Shown piece by piece: positions 1 through 10,265 of a stretch of DNA of 64,000 nucleotides (its first letter is position 1; the number at the start of each line of letters is the position of its first letter). This DNA is from Eledone cirrhosa (lineage: Eukaryota): the NCBI GenBank assembly GCA_964016885.1, contig OZ024740.1:251410001-251474000 (forward strand), given 5' to 3'. Below the pieces are notes generated by a model, which saw only the letters and a list, made by a program, of their open reading frames with translations, was not told where the DNA came from and did not search any database. The position numbers and the translations under genes were made by a program.

Positions 1-56
1 CCCCTTGGACGGCTAGAAATTACCTCTCCTTGGACGGCTGGAAAATATGTCTCCTT

Positions 57-81
57 GGACGGCTGGAAATTATCTCCCCTT
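57..81 (+). repeat. Type example of monomer A, 25 bp: GGACGGCTGGAAATTATCTCCCCTT
   Basis: Exact tandem copies at 57-81 and 82-106. Occurs in short runs (mostly about 2-9) throughout and carries the consensus CpG. Confidence 0.97.
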
Positions 82-206
82 GGACGGCTGGAAATTATCT
101 CCCCTTGGACGGCTGGAAATTATCTCCCCTTGGACGGCTAGAAATTACCTCTCCTTGGACGGCTGAAAATTATCTCCCCTTGGACGGCTGGAAATTATCT
201 CCCCCT

Positions 207-233
207 GATTTTTTTTACAAATTATCTCCCCCT
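207..233 (+). repeat. Type example of monomer B, 27 bp: GATTTTTTTTACAAATTATCTCCCCCT (T run 7-11)
   Basis: Tandem runs of up to about 15-16 copies, e.g. 3066-3478 and 17076-17488. Length varies mainly in the T tract. Confidence 0.97.
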
Positions 234-1080
234 GATTTTTTTTACAAATTATCTCCGCCTGATTTTTTTAAATATTATCTCTCCTTGGCTGGCGGGAAAT
301 TATCTCCCCTTGGACGGCTGCAAATTATCTCCGCTTGATTTTTTTTACAAATTATCTTCCCCTGATTTTTTTTTACAAATTATCTCCCCCTGATTTTTTT
401 TACAAATTATCTCCCCTGATTTTTTTTTACAAATTATCTCCCCCTGATTTTTTTTTACAAATTATCTCCCCCTGATTTTTTTTTACAAATTATCTCCCCC
501 TGATTTTTTTACAAATTATCTCCCCCTGATTTTTTTTACAATCTCCGCCTGATTTTTTTAAAAATTATCTTCCCTTGGCTGGCGGGAAATTATCTCCCCT
601 TGGACGGCTGGAAATTATCTCCCCTTGGAAGGATGGAAATTATCTCCCCTTGGACGGCTGGAAATTATCTCCCCTTGCACGGCTGGAAATTATCTCCCCT
701 TGGCTGGAAATTATCTCCCCTTGGACGGCTAGAAATTATCTCTCTTTGGATGGCTGGAAATTATCTCCCTTTGATTTTTTTTACAAATTATCTCCCTCTG
801 ATTTTTTTTACAAATCTCCCCCTGATTTTTTTTTACAAATTATCTCCCCCTGATTTTTTTTACAAACTATCGCCCCTGATTTTTTTACAAATTATCTCCC
901 CTTGGCTGGCTGGAAATTATCTCCCCTTGGAGGCTGGAATTTATCTCCCCTTGGACGGCTGGAAATTACCTCTCCTTGGACGGCTGAAAATTATCTCCCC
1001 TTGGACGGCTGGAAATTATCTCCCCTTGATTTTTTTACAAATTATCTCCCCCTGATTTTTTTTTTACAAATTATCTCCCC

Positions 1081-4000
1081 CTGATTTTTTTTACAAATTA
1101 TCTACGCCTGATTTTTTTAAATATTATCTCTCCTTGGCTGGCGGGAAATTATCTCCCCTTGGAAGGATGGAAATTATCTCCCCTTGGACGGCTGGAAATT
1201 ATCTCCCCTTGCACTGCTGGAAATTATCTCTCCTTGGACGGCTGGAAATTATCTGCCCTTGATTTTGTTTTTACAAATTATCTTCCCCTGATTATTTTTA
1301 CAAATTATCTCCACCTGATTTTTTAAAAAATTATCTCCCCTTGGACGGCTGGAAATTATCTCCCCTTGGCTGGAAATTATCTCCCCTTGGACGGCTAGAA
1401 ATTATCTCTCTTTGGACGGCTGGAAATTATCTCCCCTTGATTTTTTTTACAAATTATCTCCCCCTGATTTTTTTTACAAATTATCTCCCCATGATTTTTA
1501 AAAAAAAAATTATCTCCCCTTCGCTGGCTGGAAATTATCTCCCCTTGGACGCTGGAAATTATAGCCCCTTGGAGGGCTGGAAATTATCTTCCCTTGGACG
1601 GCTGGAAATTATCTCCCCTTGATTTTTTTTACAAATTATCTCCCCCTGATTTTTTTTTACAAATTATCTCCCCCTGATTTTTTTTTTACAAATTATCTCC
1701 GCCTGATTTTTTTAAAAAAATTATCTCCCCTTGGACGGCTGGAAATTATCTCCCCTTGGACGGCTGGAAATTATCTCCCCTTGGACGGCTAGAAATTACC
1801 TCTCCTTGGACGGCTGAAAATTATCTCCCCTTGGACGGCTGCAAATTATCTCCCCTTGATTTTTTTTACAAATTATCCCCCCATGATTTAAAAAAAAAAA
1901 ATTATCTCCCCTTCGCTGGCTGGAAATTATCTCCCCTTGGACGCTGGAAATTATAGCCCCTTGGAGGGCTGGAAATTATCTTCCCTTGGACGGCTGGAAA
2001 TTATCTCCCCTTGATTTTTTTTACAAATTATCTCCCCCTGATTTTTTTTTACAAATTATCTCCCACTGATTTTTTTTTACAAATTATCTCCTCCTGATTT
2101 TTTTTTTACAAATTATCTCCGCCTGATTTTTTAAAAAAAATTATCTCCCCTTGGACGGCTGGAAATTATCTCCCCTTGGACGGCTGGAAATTATCTCCCC
2201 TTGGACGGCTAGAAATTACCTCTCCTTGGACGGCTGAAAATTATCTCCCCTTGGACGGCTGCAAATTATCTCCCCTTGATTTTTTTTACAAATTATCTCC
2301 CCCTGATTTTTTTTACAAATTATCTCCCCCTGATTTTTTTTACAAATTATCTCCCCCTGATTTTTTTTTACAAATTATCTCCCCCTGATTTTTTTTTACA
2401 AATTATCTCCCCCTGATTTTTTTTACAAATTATCTCCCCCTGATTTTTTTTACAAATTATCTCCCCCTGATTTTTTTTACAATCTCCGCCTGATTTTTTA
2501 AAAAATTATCTTCCCTTGGCTGGCGGGAAATTATCTCCCCTTGGACGGCTGGAAATTATCTCCCCTTGGACGGCTAGAAATTATCTCTCTTTGGACGGCT
2601 GGAAATTATCTCCCCTTGATTTTTTTTACAAATTATCTCCCCCTGATTTTTTTTACAAATTATCCCCGCATGATTTTTAAAAAAAAAATTATCTCCCCTT
2701 CGCTGGCTGGAAATTATCTCCCCTTGGACGCTGGAAATTATAGCCCCTTGGAGGGCTGGAAATTATCTTCCCTTGGACGGCTGGAAATTATCTCCCCTTG
2801 ATTTTTTTTACAAATTATCTCCCCCTGATTTTTTTTTACAAATTATCTCCCCCTGATTTTTTTTTACAAATTATCTCCCCCTGATTTTTTTTTTTACAAA
2901 TTATCTCCGCCTGATTTTTAAAAAAAAATTATCTCCCCTTGGACGGCTGGAAATTATCTCCCCTTGGACGGCTGGAAATTATCTCCCCTTGGACGGCTAG
3001 AAATTACCTCTCCTTGGACGGCTGAAAATTATCTCCCCTTGGACGGCTGCAAATTATCTCCCCTTGATTTTTTTTACAAATTATCTCCCCCTGATTTTTT
3101 TTACAAATTATCTCCCCCTGATTTTTTTTACAAATTATCTCCCCCTGATTTTTTTTTACAAATTATCTCCCCCTGATTTTTTTTTACAAATTATCTCCCC
3201 CTGATTTTTTTTACAAATTATCTCCCCCTGATTTTTTTTACAAATTATCTCCCCCGGATTTTTTTTAATAAATTATCTCCCCTTGATTTTTTTTTACAAA
3301 TTATCTCCGCCTGATTTTTTTTTTACAAATTATCTTCCCCTGATTTTTTTACAAATTATCTCCCCCTGATTTTTTTTACAAATTATCTCCCCCTGATTTT
3401 TTTTACAAATTATCTCCCCTTGATTTTTTTTTACAAATTATCTCCCCCTGATTTTTTTTTTACAAATTATCTCCCCCTGATTTTTTTAAAAATTATCTTC
3501 CCTTGGCTGGCGGGAAATTATCTCCCCTTGGACGGCTGGAAATTATCTCCCCTTGGAAGGATGTAAATTATCTCCCCTTGGACGGCTGGAAATTATCTCC
3601 CCTTGCACGGCTGGAAATTATCTCCCCTTGATTTTTTTTACAAATTATCTCCCCCTGATTTTTTTTTACAAATTATCTCCCCCTGATTTTTTTTTACAAA
3701 TTATCTCCCCCTGATTTTTTTTACAAATTATCTCCCCCTGATTTAAAAAAAAAAAATTATCTCCCCTTCGCTGGCTGGAAATTATCTCCCCTTGGACGCT
3801 GGAAATTATAGCCCCTTGGAGGGCTGGAAATTATCTTCCCTTGGACGGCTGGAAATTATCTTCCCTTGGACGGCTGGAAATTATCTCCCCTTGATTTTTT
3901 TTACAAATTATCTCCCCCTGATTTTTTTTTACAAATTATCTCCCCCTGATTTTTTTTTTACAAATTATCTCCCCCTGATTTTTTTTTTACAAATTATCTC

Positions 4001-7000
4001 CGCTTGATTTTTAAAAAAAAATTATCTCCCCTTGGACGGCTGGAAATTATCTCCCCTTGAACGGCTGGAAATTATCTCCCCTTGGACGGCTAGAAATTAT
4101 CTCTCCTTGGACGGCTGAAAATTATCTCCCCTTGGACGGCTGCAAATTATCCCCCCTTGATTTTTTTTACAAATTATCTCCCCCTGATTTTTTTTTACAA
4201 ATTATCTCCCCCTCATTTTTTTTACAAATTATCTACCCCTGATTTTTTTTACAAATTATCTCCCCCTGATTTTTTTTTACAAATTATCTCCCCCTGATTT
4301 TTTTTTACAAATTATCTCCCCCTGATTTTTTTTTTACAAATTATCTCCCCCTGATTTTTTTACAAATTATCTCCCCCTGATTTTTTTTACAATCTCCGCC
4401 TGATTTTTTTAAAAATTATCTTCCCTTGGCTGGCGGGAAATTATCTCCCCTTGGACGGCTGGAAATTATCTCCCCTTGGAAGGATGGAAATTATCTCCCC
4501 TTGGACGGCTGGAAATTATCTCCCCTTGCACGGCTGGAAATTATCTCCCCTTGGCTGGAAATTATCTCCCCTTGGACGGCTAGAAATTATCTCTCTTTGG
4601 ATGGCTGGAAATTATCTCCCTTTGATTTTTTTTACAAATTATCTCCCTCTGATTTTTTTTACAAATCTCCCCCTGATTTTTTTTTACAAATTATCTCCCC
4701 CTGATTTTTTTTACAAACTATCGCCCCTGATTTTTTTACAAATTATCTCCCCTTGGCTGGCTGGAAATTATCTCCCCTTGGAGGCTGGAATTTATCTCCC
4801 CTTGGACGGCTAGAAATTACCTCTCCTTGGACGGCTGGAAAATATGTCTCCTTGGACGGCTGGAAATTATCTCCCCTTGGACGGCTGGAAATTACCTCTC
4901 CTTGGACGGCTGAAAATTATCTCCCCTTGGACGGCTGGAAATTATCTCCCCTTGATTTTTTTACAAATTATCTCCCCCTGATTTTTTTTTACAAATTATC
5001 TCCCCCTGATTTTTTTTACAAATTATCTACGCCTGATTTTTTTAAATATTATCTCTCCTTGGCTGGCGGGAAATTATCTCCCCTTGGAAGGATGGAAATT
5101 ATCTCCCCTTGACGGCTGGAAATTATCTCCCCTTGCACTGCTGGAAATTATCTCCCCTTGGACGGCTGGAAATTATCTGCCCTTGATTTTGTTTTTACAA
5201 ATTATCTTCCCCTGATTATTTTTACAAATTATCTCCACCTGATTTTTTAAAAAATTATCTCCCCTTGGACGGCTGGAAATTATCTCCCCTTGGCTGGAAA
5301 TTATCTCCCCTTGGACGGCTAGAAATTATCTCTCTTTGGACGGCTGGAAATTATCTCCCCTTGATTTTTTTTACAACTTATCTCCGCCTGATTTTTTTTA
5401 AAAAATCATCTCCCCTTGGACGGCTGGAAATTATCTCCCCTTGGACGGCTGGAAATTATCTCTCCTTGGACGGCTAGAAATTACCTCTCCTTGGATAATT
5501 GAAAATTATCTCCCCTTGGACGGCTGGAAATTATCTCCCCTTGATTTTTTTTACAAATTATCTCCCCCTGATTTTTTTTACAAATTATCTCCCCTGATTT
5601 TTTTTTACAAATTATCTCCCCCTGATTTTTTTTTACAAATTATCTCCCCCTGATTTTTTTACAAATTATCTCCCCCTGATTTTTTTTACAATCTCCGCCT
5701 GATTTTTTTAAAAATTATCTTCCCTTGGCTGGCGGGAAATTATCTCCCCTTGGACGGCTGGAAATTATCTCCCCTTGGAAGGATGGAAATTATCTCCCCT
5801 TGGACGGCTGGAAATTATCTCCCCTTGCACGGCTGGAAATTATCTCCCCTTGGCTGGAAATTATCTCCCCTTGGACGGCTAGAAATTATCTCTCTTTGGA
5901 TGGCTGGAAATTATCTCCCTTTGATTTTTTTTACAAATTATCTCCCTCTGATTTTTTTTACAAATCTCCCCCTGATTTTTTTTTACAAATTATCTCCCCC
6001 TGATTTTTTTTACAAATTATCTACGCCTGATTTTTTTAAATATTATCTCTCCTTGGCTGGCGGGAAATTATCTCCCCTTGGAAGGATGGAAATTATCTCC
6101 CCTTGGACGGCTGGAAATTATCTCCCCTTGCACTGCTGGAAATTATCTCCCCTTGGACGGCTGGAAATTATCTGCCCTTGATTTTGTTTTTACAAATTAT
6201 CTTCCCCTGATTATTTTTACAAATTATCTCCACCTGATTTTTTAAAAAATTATCTCCCCTTGGACGGCTGGAAATTATCTCCCCTTGGCTGGAAATTATC
6301 TCCCCTTGGACGGCTAGAAATTATCTCTCTTTGGACGGCTGGAAATTATCTCCCCTTGATTTTTTTTACAAATTATCTCCCCCTGATTTTTTTTACAAAT
6401 TATCTCCCCATGATTTTTAAAAAAAAAATTATCTCCCCTTCGCTGGCTGGAAATTATCTCCCCTTGGACGCTGGAAATTATAGCCCCTTGGAGGGCTGGA
6501 AATTATCTTCCCTTGGACGGCTGGAAATTATCTCCCCTTGATTTTTTTTACAAATTATCTCCCCCTGATTTTTTTTTACAAATTATCTCCCCCTGATTTT
6601 TTTTTTACAAATTATCTCCGCCTGATTTTTTTAAAAAAATTATCTCCCCTTGGACGGCTGGAAATTATCTCCCCTTGGACGGCTGGAAATTATCTCCCCT
6701 TGGACGGCTAGAAATTACCTCTCCTTGGACGGCTGAAAATTATCTCCCCTTGGACGGCTGCAAATTATCTCCCCTTGATTTTTTTTACAAATTATCCCCC
6801 CATGATTTTTAAAAAAAAAATTATCTCCCCTTCGCTGGCTGGAAATTATCTCCCCTTGGACGCTGGAAATTATAGCCCCTTGGAGGGCTGGAAATTATCT
6901 TCCCTTGGACGGCTGGAAATTATCTCCCCTTGATTTTTTTTACAAATTATCTCCCCCTGATTTTTTTTTACAAATTATCTCCCACTGATTTTTTTTTACA

Positions 7001-10000
7001 AATTATCTCCCCCTGATTTTTTTTTTACAAATTATCTCCGCCTGATTTTTTAAAAAAAATTATCTCCCCTTGGACGGCTGGAAATTATCTCCCCTTGGAC
7101 GGCTGGAAATTATCTCCCCTTGGACGGCTAGAAATTACCTCTCCTTGGACGGCTGAAAATTATCTCCCCTTGGACGGCTGCAAATTATCTCCCCTTGATT
7201 TTTTTTACAAATTATCTCCCCCTGATTTTTTTTACAAATTATCTCCCCCTGATTTTTTTTACAAATTATCTCCCCCTGATTTTTTTTTACAAATTATCTC
7301 CCCCTGATTTTTTTTTACAAATTATCTCCCCCTGATTTTTTTTACAAATTATCTCCCCCTGATTTTTTTTACAAATTATCTCCCCCTGATTTTTTTTACA
7401 ATCTCCGCCTGATTTTTTAAAAAATTATCTTCCCTTGGCTGGCGGGAAATTATCTCCCCTTGGACGGCTGGAAATTATCTCCCCTTGGACGGCTAGAAAT
7501 TATCTCTCTTTGGACGGCTGGAAATTATCTCCCCTTGATTTTTTTTACAAATTATCCCCGCATGATTTTTAAAAAAAAAATTATCTCCCCTTCGCTGGCT
7601 GGAAATTATCTCCCCTTGGACGCTGGAAATTATAGCCCCTTGGAGGGCTGGAAATTATCTTCCCTTGGACGGCTGGAAATTATCTCCCCTTGATTTTTTT
7701 TACAAATTATCTCCCCCTGATTTTTTTTTACAAATTATCTCCCCCTGATTTTTTTTTACAAATTATCTCCCCCTGATTTTTTTTTTTACAAATTATCTCC
7801 GCCTGATTTTTAAAAAAAAATTATCTCCCCTTGGACGGCTGGAAATTATCTCCCCTTGGACGGCTGGAAATTATCTCCCCTTGGACGGCTGGAAATTATC
7901 TCCCCTTGGACGGCTAGAAATTACCTCTCCTTGGACGGCTGAAAATTATCTCCCCTTGGACGGCTGCAAATTATCTCCCCTTGATTTTTTTTACAAATTA
8001 TCTCCCCCTGATTTTTTTTACAAATTATCTCCCCCTGATTTTTTTTACAAATTATCTCCCCCTGATTTTTTTTTACAAATTATCTCCCCCTGATTTTTTT
8101 TTACAAATTATCTCCCCCTGATTTTTTTTACAAATTATCTCCCCCTGATTTTTTTTACAAATTATCTCCCCCTGATTTTTTTTAATAAATTATCTCCCCT
8201 TGATTTTTTTTTACAAATTATCTCCCCCTGATTTTTTTTTTACAAATTATCTCCCCCTGATTTTTTTACAAATTATCTCCCCCTGATTTTTTTTACAAAT
8301 TATCTCCCCCTGATTTTTTTTACAAATTATCTCCCCTTGATTTTTTTTTACAAATTATCTCCCCCTGATTTTTTTTTTACAAATTATCTCCCCCTGATTT
8401 TTTTAAAAATTATCTTCCCTTGGCTTGCGGGAAATTATCTCCCCTTGGACGGCTGGAAATTATCTCCCCTTGGAAGGATGTAAATTATCTCCCCTTGGAC
8501 GGCTGGAAATTATCTCCCCTTGCACGGCTGGAAATTATCTCCCCTTGATTTTTTTTACAAATTATCTCCCCCTGATTTTTTTTTACAAATTATCTCCCCC
8601 TGATTTTTTTTACAAATTATCTCCCCCTGATTTAAAAAAAAAAAATTATCTCCCCTTCGCTGGCTGGAAATTATCTCCCCTTGGACGCTGGAAATTATAG
8701 CCCCTTGGAGGGCTGGAAATTATCTTCCCTTGGACGGCTGGAAATTATCTTCCCTTGGACGGCTGGAAATTATCTCCCCTTGATTTTTTTTACAAATTAT
8801 CTCCCCCTGATTTTTTTTTACAAATTATCTCCCCCTGATTTTTTTTTACAAATTATCTCCCCCTGATTTTTTTTTTACAAATTATCTCCGCTTGATTTTT
8901 TAAAAAAAATTATCTCCCCTTGGACGGCTGGAAATTATCTCCCCTTGGACGGCTGGAAATTATCTCCCCTTGGACGGCTAGAAATTATCTCTCCTTGGAC
9001 GGCTGAAAATTATCTCCCCTTGGACGGCTGCAAATTATCTCCCCTTGATTTTTTTTACAAATTATCTCCCCCTGATTTTTTTTTACAAATTATCTCCCCC
9101 TCATTTTTTTTACAAATTATCTACTCCTGATTTTTTTTACAAATTATCTCCCCCTGATTTTTTTTTACAAATTATCTCCCCCTGATTTTTTTTTACAAAT
9201 TATCTCCCCCTGATTTTTTTTTTACAAATTATCTCCCCCTGATTTTTTTACAAATTATCTCCCCCTGATTTTTTTTACAATCTCCGCCTGATTTTTTTAA
9301 AAATTATCTTCCCTTGGCTGGCGGGAAATTATCTCCCCTTGGACGGCTGGAAATTATCTCCCCTTGGAAGGATGGAAATTATCTCCCCTTGGACGGCTGG
9401 AAATTATCTCCCCTTGCACGGCTGGAAATTATCTCCCCTTGGCTGGAAATTATCTCCCCTTGGACGGCTAGAAATTATCTCTCTTTGGATGGCTGGAAAT
9501 TATCTCCCTTTGATTTTTTTTACAAATTATCTCCCTCTGATTTTTTTTACAAATCTCCCCCTGATTTTTTTTTACAAATTATCTCCCCCTGATTTTTTTT
9601 ACAAACTATCGCCCCTGATTTTTTTACAAATTATCTCCCCTTGGCTGGCTGGAAATTATCTCCCCTTGGAGGCTGGAATTTATCTCCCCTTGGACGGCTA
9701 GAAATTACCTCTCCTTGGACGGCTGGAAAATATGTCTCCTTGGACGGCTGGAAATTATCTCCCCTTGGACGGCTGGAAATTACCTCTCCTTGGACGGCTG
9801 AAAATTATCTCCCCTTGGACGGCTGGAAATTATCTCCCCTTGATTTTTTTACAAATTATCTCCCCCTGATTTTTTTTTTACAAATTATCTCCCCCTGATT
9901 TTTTTTACAAATTATCTACGCCTGATTTTTTTAAATATTATCTCTCCTTGGCTGGCGGGAAATTATCTCCCCTTGGAAGGATGGAAATTATCTCCCCTTG

Positions 10001-10265
10001 GACGGCTGGAAATTATCTCCCCTTGCACTGCTGGAAATTATCTCCCCTTGGACGGCTGGAAATTATCTGCCCTTGATTTTGTTTTTACAAATTATCTTCC
10101 CCTGATTATTTTTACAAATTATCTCCACCTGATTTTTTAAAAAATTATCTCCCCTTGGACGGCTGGAAATTATCTCCCCTTGGCTGGAAATTATCTCCCC
10201 TTGGACGGCTAGAAATTATCTCTCTTTGGACGGCTGGAAATTATCTCCCCTTGATTTTTTTTACA
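1081..10265 (+). repeat. ~4.9-kb higher-order duplication: ~1081-5375 repeated at ~6000-10265
   Basis: ORF-track landmark offsets: 1341/6260, 2176/7095 and 2541/7460 = 4919; 4057/8945, 4426/9314 and 4753/9641 = 4888. Shared rare variant TTTAATAAA at 3264 and 8181. Confidence 0.88.
1705..1732 (+). repeat. Type example of linker monomer C: GA-TnAm-TTATCTCCCCTT (B-to-A junction unit)
   Basis: GATTTTTTTAAAAAAATTATCTCCCCTT. It looks like B with ACAAA replaced by an A run and precedes nearly all A runs. Confidence 0.92.

Noticed and set aside
207-540. G-quadruplex (minus strand) or i-motif (plus strand) from C4-C5 tracts
   Set aside because: The tracts are separated by about 21-23 nt, far longer than typical stable loops, so there is no direct support.
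584-600. NF-kB/NFAT-like motif in GGGAAATTATCTCCCC
   Set aside because: It does not fit GGGRNWYYCC spacing, and GGAAA alone is too short to be informative.
1705-1732. T tracts as intrinsic or Pol III terminators, or A tracts as retroelement poly(A) tails
   Set aside because: The tracts are integral monomer parts with no upstream GC hairpin, transcription unit, element body or target-site duplication.
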